A stretch of DNA of 64,000 nt from Chrysomallon squamiferum (taxonomy: Eukaryota; Animalia; Mollusca), in NCBI GenBank assembly GCA_012295275.1, contig CM022679.1:7006001-7070000 (forward strand), written 5' to 3'. Numbering within the stretch: position 1 is the first letter of the stretch; every line of letters begins with the position of its first letter. Positions 43,707 to 59,316 of the stretch are shown in pieces. The notes below the pieces were generated by a model. That model had not been told where the DNA came from and did no database searches. It saw only the letters and a program-made list of their open reading frames with translations. Position numbers and translations under genes: made by a program.

Positions 43707-44670
43707 TGAATCTTAAATCTACAATTCGCTGGGCTACTGTCGCTTATCAGCGAATCTTTAATATGCATCTTCCAAATCACAAGAAAACACAAACACCTTA
43801 AACGTGTATATATGTGTGTGCATATATAGATACTCTCACCCACACATTTTAAAATAGTTGACTATGTAAATCTTCCCAGGTGAAATTTCATTTCTTTTAA
43901 TACTTCAGCTCTGCCTATCACACTTATATCTGCCCAACAACACATTTGAATGTGTTCACTGGAATCATTTTTGTCTACCATGAAGTATTTTTTCAACCAG
44001 TTTCTTCTACAGAATAGTGGCACATTTTCTGTTAGCGTTGTCCCAGTACTGAACTGACAAGTGGCCATTTCAGCTGATCTTTGATCGAATAGGCGTATTT
44101 AATGCTGGCAATAATTTTACTGTTACCGCCAGTTGTTGTAAAAACAAAATATTAATCCAGATCCACGTTTCAAGAAAATTGTAGTCAAACTTATTCTGCC
44201 AGTCAACAGTTAAAAACAAAATTGTTAGGCTTTCAAGAAAGAAAAACTACATTTTTCCAAGAAAAATAACGATGTTTTACTCAGAACTGTCACAGATCCT
44301 GCACAAATATAATAGTTAAGTTGTTATCACCCCTTCCTACTTCTGCAGATTAGCATAAAGCTGATATAAAGTAACTTAGTATAAAATATCACTACTTGTG
44401 CAAGTACGATTGGGTCCTAACGATAATACACTGAATGGCGCGAATCATAAAGCCTATAAATGTTAAACATCTGTAAGAGTTATTGGATTTTAAGTATATG
44501 ATTATTTGTTTAATAATTTCAACAGAAAAAACATTCATTTCAGCTATCAGCAGGAGACTTTATATACTACAAATGTTATTATATTATGCAGTAAACCACT
44601 TACCATGGCCTTAGGTAAAGAAGATGAGAGGCAATAGCTAAAAATATTCCAATATTTCTGTCTTACTTGA

Positions 44671-44731
<61 letters not shown>

Positions 44732-44920
44732 CAGTTGTTGTTTTTGGTGCTGATGCTAATTTTGTTACTCAGAAAATATTATGCCTGCATGACTACCTAA
44801 CTTTCCAAATTTTACATATATACAAACATACATGTATGTTTGTGTGTGTGTGTGTGTGTGTTTCTGTGTGCATGTAATACATAAATATCTGCAAACTTCG
44901 TGTCACGAAATATATAAAAC

Positions 44921-45010
<90 letters not shown>

Positions 45011-45589
45011 CCTTATGTTTCAGTTAGATCATAAAAAAATGTATATACATTTTTTAACATAACGAATATGCCGAACTCCAGAGAAGAATAATTAGTAGTA
45101 TAAAATAATAATCAAAATGTCAGCATCAAAAATTTATCATTCCATATTAAATAAAATGAAAACTGTAATTAAAATAATCGACCGTTTTAATTTTTTATTT
45201 TATTCTTTTTCTGTCAGCTGTGTTTATTTGTTTGTTTATTGTTGTTGTTGTTAAATCTGTTTATTTCATTTTGATTTTCATTTGTACATTCTATACGTAT
45301 ATGTGTGTTGCATTAGCGTGTAATTAGAACAAGAAGTAAATACATTTTTCCAGACTTTATTTTATTAACTGTATTACGCGTAATATACCCGTAAACAGTT
45401 TTCTGTTTCCTATTTTCAGATAATGCAGTCGAACTTTGATAAGTTGAGCAACATAGTTAGAGTAGCCGGGTGTTCGAGTATATGAATTTGAAATATTAAC
45501 TGTAATTCCGATGGATGAGTAATATACTCTTGAATGTTTGGTATTAATAGTAATTATCAATAGCTGATCATCAGTCGCTGCAAAATCGT

Positions 45590-47856
45590 TTACACATCTA
45601 TTCTGTCTTCATCATCTAGAAAAGAAAAAATATGTAACACTGATTAAACGTTATAGCATACATCACCACCTTCTGTGTAAATTAGGACTATGAAAGAGCT
45701 CGCAAAATTAAACGTATTTTCAAATTTCATGAATAGAAAGGTAACAAATGGAAAAATACACGTATATATTTTTTAAACAAAAACAGTAGTTTCACATACT
45801 TAGTCCTTTTATTTTTGTTCCTAATTCCGAATTATACATCTACCTAATTTTGTATCTTTACCATATCCTCTTTGTTTTCAATTTTCTCCTATTGATAGTG
45901 TAAGAACATACATGGATATTTCAAGATGTCACTGCTGTTTATTATAATTTATATATTTTTGTGTAACTTATTTGTAAGAAAGTATAAATTCTAATATCAT
46001 TTTGTATACTCATTACTATTTTTATTTATTACTTTTTGAAACGTTTAATATTTTTTTATTCTTTATTGCAACCACTACAGCAACAATAACTATTACTACT
46101 ATTTTTGTGTGGCAAGCACTGTTACTACTATTATTATTTCTTCAAGTATATTACTACCGCTACTTTCACTTTTACTGCTGTTAGATTAAGTCCACTACAA
46201 TCACTATTTTAAAAAGCTCACTGTCCGGTCAGTGTACTGAAAGGAAGTAATATATAGTGGATCAGACCAAAAGGAATACTTGTTAATTACTGTTACACTT
46301 TTCAAGCAGTGCCACTATGTAATATTATCTCCCCTGCATTAGCCGTTGTGATTTTTTAAGTACTGATCGAAAGTAGCCTTAGAAATATTAAGATTAATTA
46401 AAGTAGAAATAATATAGTTGAAGTGATGATATTAGTACGGAAATAATAATAGCAGTAAAAATGCTAGTATAACAAATATGATACCAGTAGCAGCAGTACT
46501 AGCAGCAGTAACAGTTACAGCAACAGCAGTTGTAGCAGTGGTAGTAGTAGTAACAGCAGCAGCATAAGTAATAGTAATAGTAGTAGTACTAGTAGTGCTT
46601 ATTGTTGTTGTAGATTAAATAAGGAAACTAATTATTTTAATTTATTTATTTTTATTTAGTTCAGTTTATTATTTAATGAAAAACACAGTCACATACTTTT
46701 ACATCTATCTTTAATCAAGCTGTTTTCTATTCTACAATGAGTAATTAACATACGCTTTTCTCTATTATATTCTGATTGGATATTCGTATAGCTATAGTGC
46801 TGTTGTTCAGTTTTATTAAAATTCAAATATTTTGTTAAGGCTTATTTTTCAGATATTTCACAGGTTGACTGCTGATTATAAAATAAAATAATCCACGTTT
46901 TAATTTAAAGTTTAAATAACATGATTATATTTTATATATTCCCTACTAGTTGTTCTATTTCTACTTAAACTTCAACATTTGATTTTTTTAAATCCTAATT
47001 TCATAGATAAAGATATATTTTATCACGATCAAGATAAATAAAAGTAGTAATAGTATTAATAATATTAATATTAATAACTTATCTTCTATTATTATCAAAG
47101 TTTAAAAATGTATATCTCTAAAAAAGGAAATATACATTCAAATATCTTGAAAATATTAATGTGAAATCAGTTTATTTGAAATTTAACTTTAGCTATATAT
47201 TAACAGTAACAACCTCGTATTCAATTTTGACGTCCTTGAAGAATAGAGAAATTAAGAAAAAATAATATAGCTTTCAATTTCTTTTTTTCATTTACAATAA
47301 TAGCAATAATAGTAATGCTACATAAATCAACGTTTATCATCTGATAACTTCATAATAAAAATATTGACATTAATAAAATGCTATCATTTATAAGATATCA
47401 GACTGCGCTTGTCACTGAAACAAAATATAATTTCTAAGGCCTCTACTCTTGACAAGAAAAATGGCAAGGATTGTAATAAATTTGTTTGAAATCACTTACG
47501 TTGTTCTTCATACAAAATTATAACACGTCCAACAATCGAGACTGCAACCTCACGCAGCATTGGGACTATGAACAAGTAGAAATTGTTGGCCTCTAAAATA
47601 TGAAAAATAAGAATAATTCAGTTTAAATTTACAATGTGAGAAAGCTCTGTAAGACATTAATATTTGAAAGAAAAGGAAAAGGTGGCAGCGAGGTACAATA
47701 CTCACATGTGATAATTATAAAATAAATGTTTTGAAAAGTTGTAAACAAATAAATATTTAAACTAAGTCAGTCGTTTTTTTAATTAATTAATTTCTTTCTT
47801 TCTTTCTTCATTTTCTTCTTCTTCTTCTTCTTCTTCTTATTATTATTATTATTATT

Positions 47857-47895
<39 letters not shown>

Positions 47896-50003
47896 ATTAT
47901 TATTAATATGAACAATGCACAAAAAACTGGACTTCAGCAGATACATACACATAAGTTTTTGGGTTTTTTTTGTGTGTTTTTGTTTTTGGGGGGGGGGGTT
48001 AAAGAAGAAAAATACTTAATTCCCGTCCTCCTGATGTCCTTAAATCTTAATGATTAATACTGATATTTCAGGATTTCACTGTTGTCAAAATTAGGTTTTC
48101 TATTGTAATTTATATATTTTTGTGTAACCTTTTTATAAAGTTTAAATTCTAATTTTATTTTCTGTACTCATTACTACTTTTATTTATTAATTTTTGAATC
48201 GTTTAATGTTTTTGGTTTTTTACTGCAACTACTAGAGCAACAATAACTACTACTACTATGTTTAAGTAGCTAGCACTGTTACTTCTTTTATTATTTCTTC
48301 AAGTATATTACTACCGCTACTTTCACTTTTACTGCTGTTAGATTAAGTCCACTACAATCACTATTTTAAAAAGCTCACTGTCCGGTCAGTGTACTGAAAG
48401 GAAGTAATATATAGTGTATCAGACCAAAAGGAATACTTCTTAATTACTGTTACAATTTTCAAGCAGTGCCACTATGTAATATTATCTCCCCTGCATTAGC
48501 CGTTGTGATTTTTTAAGTACTGATCGAAAGTAGCCTTAGAAATATTAAGATTAATTAAAGTAGAAATAATACAGTTGAAGTGATGATATTAGTACGGAAA
48601 TAATAATAGCAGTAAAAATGCTAGTATAACAAATATGATACCAGTAGCAGCAGTACTAGCAGCAGTAACAGTTACAGCAACAGCAGTTGTAGCAGTGGTA
48701 GTAGTAGTAACAGCAGCAGCATAAGTAATAGTAATAGTAGTAGTACTAGTAGTGCTTATTGTTGTTGTAGATTAAATAAGGAAACTAATTATTTTTGTTT
48801 TATTTATTTTTATTTAGTTCAGTTTATTATTTAATGAAAAACACAGTCACATACTTTTACATCTATCTTTAATCAAGCTGTTTTCTATTCTACAATGAGT
48901 AATTAACATACGCTTTTCTCTATTATATTCTGATTGGATATTCGTATAGCTATAGTGCTGTTGTTCAGTTTTATCAAAATTCAAATATTTTGTTAAGGCT
49001 TATTTTTCAGATATTTCACAGGTTGACTGCTGATTATAAAATCAAATAATCCACGTTTTAATTCAAAGTTTAAATAACATGATTATATTTTATATATTCC
49101 CTACTAGTTGTTCTATTTCTACTTAAACTTCAACATTTGATTTTTTTAAATCCTAATTTCATAGATAAAGATATATTTTATAACGATCAAGATAAATAAA
49201 AGTAGTAATAGTATTAATAATATTAATATTAATAACTTATCTTCTATTATTATCAAAGTTTAAAAATGTATATCTCTAAAAAGGAAATATACATTCAAAT
49301 ATCTTGAAAATATTAATGTGAAATCAGTTTATTTGAAATTTAACTTTAGCTATATATTAACAGTAACAACCTCGTATTCAATTTTGACGTCCTTGAAGAA
49401 TAGAGAAATTAAGAAAAAATAATATAGCTTTCAATTTCTTTTTTTCATTTACAATAATAGCAATAATAGTAATGCTACATAAATCAACTTTTATCATCTG
49501 ATAACTTCATAATAAAAATATTGACATTAATAAAATGCTATCATTTATAAGATATCAGACTGCGCTTGTCACTGAAACAAAATATAATTTCTAAGGCCTC
49601 TACTCTTGACAAGAAAAATGGCAAGGATTGTAATAAATTTGTTTGAAATCACTTACGTTGTTCTTCATACAAAATTATAACACGTCCAACAATCGAGACT
49701 GCAACCTCACGCAGCATTGGGACTATGAACAAGTAGAAATTGTTGGCCTCTAAAATATGAAAAATAAGAATAATTCAGTTTAAATTTACAATGTGAGAAA
49801 GCTCTGTAAGACATTAATATTTGAAAGAAAAGGAAAAGGTGGCAGCGAGGTACAATACTCACATGTGATAATTATAAAATAAATGTTTTGAAAAGTTGTA
49901 AACAAATAAATATTTAAACTAAGTCAGTCGTTTTTTTAATTAATTAATTTCTTTCTTTCTTTCTTCATTTTCTTCTTCTTCTTATTATTATTATTATTAT
50001 TGT

Positions 50004-50034
<31 letters not shown>

Positions 50035-51367
50035 ATTGTTGTTATTATTATTAATATGAACAATGCACAAAAAATTGGACTTCAGCAGATACATACACAT
50101 AAGTTTTGGGGGTTTTTTTGTGTGTTTTTTTTGTTTGGGGGGGGGGGTTAAAGAAGAAAAATACTTAATTCCCGTCCTCCTGATGTCCTTAAATCTTAAT
50201 GATTAATACTGATATTTCAGGATTTCACTGTTGTCAAAATTAGGTTTTCTATTGTAATTTATATATTTTTGTGTAACCTTTTTATAAAGTTTAAATTCTA
50301 ATTTTATTTTCTGTACTCATTACTACTTTTATTTATTAATTTTTGAATCGTTTAATGTTTTTGGTTTTTTACTGCAACTACTAGAGCAACAATAACTACT
50401 ACTACTATGTTTAAGTAGCTAGCACTGTTACTTCTTTTATTATTTCTTCAAGTATATTACTACCGCTACTTTCACTTTTACTGCTGTTAGATTAAGTCCA
50501 CTACAATCACTATTTTAAAAAGCTCACTGTCCGGTCAGTGTACTGAAAGGAAGTAATATATAGTGGATCAGACCAAAAGGAATACTTCTTAATTACTGTT
50601 ACAATTTTCAAGCAGTGCCACTATGTAATATTATCTCCCCTGCATTTGCCGTTGTGATTTTTTAAGTACTGATCGAAAGTAGCCTTAGAAATATTAAGAT
50701 TAATTAAAGTAGAAATAATACAGTTGAAGTGATGATATTAGTACGGAAATAATAATAGCAGTAAAAATGCTAGTATAACAAATATGATACCAGTAGTAGC
50801 AGTACTAGCAGCAGTAACAGTTACAGCAACAGCAGTTGTAGCAGTGGTAGTAGTAGTAACAGCAGCAGCATAAGTAATAGTAATAGTAGTAGTACTAGTA
50901 GTGCTTATTGTTGTTGTAGATTAAATAAGGAAACTAATTATTTTTGTTTTATTTATTTTTATTTAGTTCAGTTTATTATTTAATGAAAAACACAGTGACA
51001 TACTTTTACATCTATCTTTAATCAAGCTGTTTTCTATTCTACAATGAGTAATTAACATACGCTTTTCTCTATTATATTCTGATTGGATATTCGTATAGCT
51101 ATAGTGCTGTTGTTCAGTTTTATTAAAATTCAAATATTTTGTTAATGCGTATTTTTCAGATATTTCACAGGTTGACTGCTGATTATAAAATAAAATAATC
51201 CACGTTTTAATTCAAAGTTTAAATAACATGATTATATTTTATATATTCCCTACTAGATGTTTTATTTCTACCTAAACTTCAACATTTGATTATTTTAAAT
51301 CCTAATTTCATAGTTAAAGATATATTTTATCAAGATAAAGATAAATAATAGTAGTAAGAGTATTAAT

Positions 51368-51407
<40 letters not shown>

Positions 51408-52620
51408 TTAATAATAATAATAACTTTTATCATCATTATTATTATCGAAAGTTAACAATGTATATCTCTAAAAAAGGAAATATACATTCAAATATCTTGA
51501 AAATATTGATGTGAAATCAGTTTATTTGAAATTTAACTTTAGCTATATATTAAGAGTAACAAATTGGTATTCTATTTTGACGTCCTTGAAGAATAGAGAA
51601 ATTAAGAAGAAATAATATAGCTTTCAAATTTTTTTATTCATTTACAATAATAGCAATAATAGTAATGCTACATAAATCAACTTTTATTATCTGATAACTT
51701 CATAATAAAAATATTGACATTCAAATATTGCTATCATTTATAAGATATCAGATCGTGCATATCATTGAAACAAAATGTATTTCTAAGGCGTCTATCCTTG
51801 ACAAGAAATATGGCAAGGATTGTAATAAATTTGTTTGAAATCACTTACGTTGTTCTTCATACAAAAATGTAACAAGTCCAGCAATCGAGACTGCAACCAT
51901 ACGCAGCACTGGGACTATGAACAAGTAGAAATTGTTGGCCTCTAAAATATGAAAAATAAGAATAATTCAGTTTAAATTTACAATGTGAGAAAGCTCAGAA
52001 AGAGATTAATATTTGCAAGAAAAAGAAAAGGTGGCAGCGAGACAAATTCTCACAAGTGATAATTATAAAAAAAAATGTTCTAAGATCTCAGTCGTTGACA
52101 AGAAAAATTTCAAGGATTGTTATACATTTATTTGAAATCACTTACGTTGTTCTTCATACAAAAATGTAACAAGTCCACCAATCGAGATTGCAATCACAAG
52201 CAGCATTAGGGCTATGAACAAATAGTTGTCTTCTGAAAATGGAAAATACGAATATTTCAGTTTAAATTTACAATGTGAGAAAGTTCTTTAAAATATTAAT
52301 ATCTGAAAGAAAAAGAAAAGGTGGCAGCGAGTTACAGTTCTCAGAAGTGATAATTATAAAATAAATTTGTTGATAGGTTAACTCAGTCATTAGAGTAACT
52401 CAGTTATTTTATTAATTGTTTTTCTTTCTTTCTTTCTTTATTTCTATCTTCTTCTTCATTTTTTTTTTGGTGTTTTTTTGTTGTTGTTGTTGTTGTTGTT
52501 ATTTTAATTTAACAGTTTCAATGTTTATTCTTATCACAACTCAAACCTATGAAAATCTGTACCTGTATATTGTCGTAGTATGGAAAGTACTGAGAAAATA
52601 TCCATTGTCTCAAACATCAT
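45590..52620 (-). CDS. Uncharacterised small membrane protein, copy 1, with four tandem cassette exons (56-58 aa with one, 149 aa with all)
   Basis: Exon B 52620-52563 (MMFETMDIFSVLSILRQYT), C exons 52232-52146, 51941-51849, 49749-49657 and 47592-47500, D 45615-45590 (HDEDRIDV*). Upstream exon A 53404-53198 and a candidate first-exon donor GTAAGT at 54020. Confidence 0.62.
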
Positions 52621-55600
52621 CAAAACAAGTCCTAAAATAATAAGAAAAGTAGGATCAGTAGTTCAGTAGAATGCTGTAATATAGAATTTGCTGTATTAAA
52701 CAAAGAGGAAATTATTTCCGTATTAAAATTATTTTGCAGTAACAAAAAAAAACCTAATAATTATAATGGTGATGACGATGATAATAAAAGCAAGAAAACC
52801 TATTTGATTAAATAATAACTTTCCGAAGTTTTTTTAAAGTTTATAAAGGCAAATAACTCTAAGAATATATACTTTAGCGATAAATGACGAAATAGCATCG
52901 TCGTGAGGATAAAGAAGTCCGACACTTTTCTTTATTAGTAACTATGAATATTATAGAGAAAAATAAATAAACAAAAAGAGAGTATTGTTTTGAAATGAAA
53001 ACATCAAATCAAAAAAGGTTTTGACATTCAAGCTAATGGCGTCCTTAAACGCCCAAAATCTAGTAAGAGTCGAAACCATGTGACGCTGATTCATACACAT
53101 TTTTAGAAATAATTTCACAAATCTCTCCAGAATCAAAGCAAAAAGTATTTCAAGTTTAATTATTAAATTATTTATTAACGATTATTATTATTCTAACCTC
53201 ACTTATTATTTTTGACAGTGGTAAAAAGACTTCGTGTTTTTGTCAGTTTTTGTCAGTTTTTTCCAGCTCGTACCTGTATTGATTCTTCCTCTAGCTCGTT
53301 GATTAGTTTGTTTTATTTCACTTCAGTTTAGACGGCAGCACCTCTCTTTTTACCATGTGCATATGCTTATAATTCGAAGAATATACATATTCTGCAATAT
53401 ATTTCTTAAAACAGAATATAAACGACTAATGAATGTAACTTAAACTAAGAAATTTGGATTTATCAGTTCGCAGTGTAAAGTGTACTACTCTATCAATAAC
53501 GTTATTTTCTTAAACACTGAAAATAAATAAATAAATATTTTTATATAGAGATATATATTATTCCAGTTGTTATTTCTGGCGTTTTTTATTCCAAAAAGGT
53601 AATCTTTCGTATTTTAACCTCTAATTGAACTACAAATCGGAAGACAAACCCTCATAATGGTTTCAAAGATTCCTATAGTTTCCCTGACACAAAATATATT
53701 ATTTCAGCCATTTACCACGTATTTATTTGATTATTAAATATTAAATAATATATATAAATCTTTGTTTTCAATAACCTGGAATATATGTCAGATTATTAAA
53801 AACTAAAAAAGAAATTCCTTTTTTTAACAACAGCATTTGGTACTTCCTGCGCGCCAAAATATAAATCTATTTCAAAATGTTTAAGTTCACATAGTAAGTA
53901 AAGGAAGACAATTTTCTATTTATTTATTAATAAATTTGTCCTTTTTAAAATGTATTAATTTATTATATTCTTATTAGTTAAGGTGAATAACAGCTAGTAG
54001 TTATTCAGTAAATGACTTACTGCAACAGATGTCATTTTGTTTTCTCAAAATGCGGACGTCATACAATGGGTACATGCACAAACAATAGACACAAACAATA
54101 GACTTCGGCACATTTTACTTTGAAAATGATGGCATCTTTTTCTGAAGTACTTGATCTGCCGGCAATGAATATATTTTGAAAACAATTAGATTTGCTTGAA
54201 AATGTTATCCATTTTCATCTTTGAATTTAATATTTCTAGTTAACTGATGAGCACTGCTAAAAAATACAAATAAAGTTTCAATTTTTTCTCGTAAAATCTG
54301 TGACAGCCTCATTTTCCGTAGTTTGTTTGTTTCTTTTTTCTTTTTGGTTTGTGTATTCTTGTTTTCCGCATATTGTTCTGTAAAAGATCTCATCTCTTTT
54401 TCTTTCTAAGAATCTGGTATGAATCTTTTTGCGTAAAATATATCCATATTGCGAACCACAACATCATTCCACATTTCTCAACAAAAAAAAAACTTAATAA
54501 TTTCCGTTTTCCGAATTTAATGACATTGCCATATTGGTGATACATGTCAGAATTTCTGTTAATTATTTCGAAAGTCAAATTCGTATAGCTGAACTGAGAA
54601 ACACAATTTAAAATACAAAAGTAATATTATAAAATAAATCATTTAAATTTTTTTTTTCCCTTAAAATTAACCATAAATATATTGTCCATAGCTTAAATTT
54701 TATATCCTGAGCGGTCTAATCTCGAGCTTATAAAGAATTGTGTTTATGTAATTGCGACTTAGAAACAGGAATGTGGTTCCACTAGCTAGTAGATTTATCT
54801 CAAGGAACTTTGTCTTGCTTTATTGGTCTGGCAACTAGCCAAATGTTGCGTTTGTAATACCATATACAAATATACTAAGTATAATTATACACTATACACG
54901 TTCTTAATAGATTTAATTATACCACCTTTACAATGCACAACCCATGAATGTATAATATGAACATATATATACACAGACACACACACACACACACACTCAC
55001 ACACAGATATATGGATTATGAATATTGCAAATGATGTCAAAATTATGAATAAATTTCGATTGAGTGTATAGAATATTTTTACGTTATGATTTGTCACTGT
55101 GGTGTGTCAGATCGTGCAACGTTATTACCTTTAACACAACGTCACAAAGTACGAGTCACTGGTTTATCGAAGATTGTGTTATTTGATGCCTTATCTATAG
55201 GAAAGATCTCTTACTGACAGTGCAAAGCTGTATTCGATTTACCAATATAGTAATATTACAAGTAATAAATGATAATTAAAGTAGCGGCAATAAAGTTAGC
55301 AGTTCTTAATAAAAATATCTGACGCATTTTGTAATAAGTACCGTTTTTGTAATAATACAGTTAAATTTGTTTCCAGAACCAGTGCTACTCGACTGATATA
55401 CGGACATACATGAATATATAAACCCTCAAAACAGGACGCGCAGTAAACCAGAAGTCTCTCAGATCAGGACATTTTGACGGTTTCTTAATTTATAAATATT
55501 ATGTATATGCAGATATATGTGTCTCTGTTTACTAGTTTTAAAATCAGCTTTTTTGGGTGTACATGTGTGTGTATGTGTGTTTGTGTGCGTGCACCTTTAT

Positions 55601-56303
55601 ACAGCTCTATGTATGTAATTCATTTGTAAGATTCGGCGAAACAGGCAGTATAATATGTAGACCATATGCACATTTCAGTATGAATTGTCACAGTTTCAGG
55701 TACCCGACATTACCCGTGAAAAGCTAATGAGTGTTATTTTCATTTTTCTTTAGCAAAATTTATCGAAAAAAAATTGTTTATGATCATTACTGTACAGCGA
55801 AGACAAAAATGCGTCATCCTAGTTTTCATTATTTAAAATGAAGTTAGTCAACATTATACCATTACAAACCTTCTTCAACCAAAGTAGGTAAAAAAAAACT
55901 AAAAAAAACAGGAACACTGTGAAAGCTCTCATTTCTGAATAATTATGGAATTTAAGTACTGGTAATTCTTTTTAAGGAATGGAATCATGTTCTGACTTAG
56001 TGTAAACTTTGAACAGACAAGTTATTAATTCAAAACAATGCTTCATCACTGGTATTTATTTCAGATTTTGTGGGGGTGAAAACCTTTGTTTTGAAGTAAA
56101 GACTGAACTGAATTTATTCTATTTCTGACATCTTTTCTAGTTCTGAAAATTTCACATAAATAATGTACTACTGCAAACAGCGAAAAAACCTATCACAGAA
56201 TAAGTTGTTTTAATGACTGAAAATATAAATAACAAACACAGTTTATTTATGTACAAATAATGTTTTTGGCACTGAAGTATAAAATGGTATAGATTTAAGA
56301 ATC

Positions 56304-59100
56304 TCAGTTTGATCTTCGGATCTTACAAACGAACAAGCCACTTAGTAAGAAATAAACAGCAGTCATCAGAAACACAATGATGTATCCGAGGCCAATTTCA
56401 CAGTTCACTTTCTCGAATAAATCTAAAACCACGCCCCCAATAGGTGTGGCTACGGCCTGAGGTAGGATTAGTGCCAGGTGCCAAACAGCAATGTCTTTAG
56501 CTTTGTCTTTTTCTTTTGGTAACACGTCCATAACCAAAGCGAAGTCTACTGCCTGGAACGCCCCAAATCCAAATCCTGTAAAAAGACAAATGTACAGTAG
56601 ATTTTAGTGTCACAAAACAATAAAACATGTCATAATACATTATTTATATAAAATGATATTGTCATCTTGCCCAATTAGTCCGTTGAGACAAACAAAACAT
56701 ATAATTAAAATAGTTTATTTATCTAGTATGAACTGATGTAATATTTTTAGAAATAAAAAACAAAAAACCCAACCCCTCCTAAAAAAAAAAAAATTAATTA
56801 AAAATAAACATAAAAATTACATTAAGACTAATGAAAGAAACTCCAAGAAAAGCAAACACATCAGACTTTAATAAACTACATAACAGCACTGGTTGGACCG
56901 AGATGGTGAAAAGCTAAAGGGGAACTCTGTGAAGGATTCATTCTAAAACATATATAATTTCACTTCTTCATTTTGACTCCTTACTTGTAGCTGGTCAGGT
57001 GAATCTGTAAACTGAGCATTAAACTGAGAAGTTTGCTTAAGATAATAATTATTATAAAGATTTGAATTTCAAACATGACATCACTTACCAAACAAAAAGG
57101 ACATTGCAGTAACTATGTAATAAGCAGACGAGCCTTTGATAAAAGCATCTAGTAGTGCACCACATCCCATAACAATTGCTGAAAACAGAAAAACAAAAAT
57201 TAGGCAATAAACAAAGAAGAAAGAAATATTTTATTTAATGTAAGCTTGCACTGAAAATTAAACAGTACGATTTTCTTTTATATTTTTGTAACTGATATTA
57301 AACCAATATCTATTTTAAATGAAATAATAATAATAATAATAAATAAAAAATAATAATATAACAACAACAACAACAACAATAATATATAAATAAAATTAAT
57401 TAAAAAATTAAATCGCAGCTTATAATAAAATGTAAATTAAAAATTCGCCCTTTCTTATATTTAAATTTTATACGAATAACTTTCAACAATACATTAACAA
57501 AAGAAACAATAAGTATTAAAAAAATAAAAAATATATAATAAAAAAAAAAATAAAAAGTAAAAAAAAAAAAAATAACATAAAACTGAATGGTTGAATGATC
57601 GAACGTACCAGCAGCAGTAACAATGATTTTTCTTCTTCCGGTTTTATCAGAAACAATGCCGAAAAATACCGAACTGTAAAAGATCCACAAATATTTAAAT
57701 ACTAACAACAACAACAACAACAACAGTAATGATAATAATAATAATAATAGCAATAATAATAATAACAATAATAATAATTCGTTCACTTATTCATTAGAAG
57801 AAAAAAAAACGATTCATAAAAAGGCCTGAAAAGTAGAGAATGTCGTAGATAATCATGTATTTATTTATGAGAGAACCAGATAGATTCATTAACAGACGAC
57901 ACTAACAAAACCATCAAATCCACAAATTTTTCTAAATTTTAAACAGCATACCTCACTGCTGCAGCTGCTAGCAGTGGCAGCATCATCATGGCGACAGCAG
58001 TGGTTGCAGACCAGCAGTTCGGGAGCGGCACCATGTCGTCTAACCAATATTCTAGAAACCTGAATATTTGAACATTTTTGTAAAATTAGGTTCATTTTCT
58101 AACAAATTTGTCGTTAAATAACACGGATGTACAGATGCAGTTATATTATTAACATTCTCTGTTATTAGATTCTGTTTAAAATATTAATAATCGGAAATAA
58201 AATAAATATAATAAAGGAAATACATTTTCTTTATCGACTGTTACGTCAGTGTCATACTTATGGCTAAGAAGAATGCAGAAAATGAGATAAGAAAGGTCAA
58301 GTGAATTCTCTTTTGATTAGCTGAATGGGATCTTTTGCATGTATTTTCCTATAGACAAGAGAGCACATACCACAGCCTTTAATAAATAGATAGTGGAGCA
58401 CTAGCTGGAAGATAAATAAAATCTTAGCTTACCCAGTAACAGTCGAAACACCTTGTTGCATCAAAAATCTAGTTATAAAAACCCATCTGAAGTCGTGTTC
58501 TACAAATAAAGCATAAATTAATTAATAACAGTCACTGAAGTTTTCTCTGTCCCACAATAAATTGAACCTATGGTGTTCTAAAATACCTTTTGTTTTGTTT
58601 GTCACTGGCGATCATATTTTCTCTGTTAATAAACTGTGACAGTGTGATAAAAAGAAGATTATACAATTTTACAACAATTAAATCAGTCTATTTGTGTTTT
58701 ATTTTGCATTTTATGTGGACGAAATAAAGTCACAAAGAGAGGAACAATCAGTATTCAGGCATCATAGTTATTATTTATTTTGCTGCCACTGGCAAATTAA
58801 AAATTTATAAAATAATTAGATATTTACGCTAATTCAACATACATTCTTCCAAATGTACAGAAAATAGATTTTTATATAAAAAATATAAAACTTTCAAATA
58901 GTCACTGAAGCTATCGATTAGTTATGTAAAATTAATGTATATTTTTCTGTTCAGTATAACTGTTATGTTAGTTTGACTTAGCAACCACGTAAACATCATG
59001 TGATCGATTATATGTCAGTCTGCTTGAATGTATGTTAACAATAGATTCACGAGATCACTTAACAGTGTTTACTGACACAGAACTTTGTCCCCTTAAAAAG

Positions 59101-59135
<35 letters not shown>

Positions 59136-59278
59136 TACGTTCACCCGCTTATTCAGTGTCTTTATTTATAAATTTCTATACTCTGACGTATTATAATACC
59201 TTTCAATGGCTCCCAAAATCCACAAAATATCAGTCGACATCCTGAAATAAAAAGGTTGTTTTAAAACTATTTAAAATT

Positions 59279-59316
<38 letters not shown>

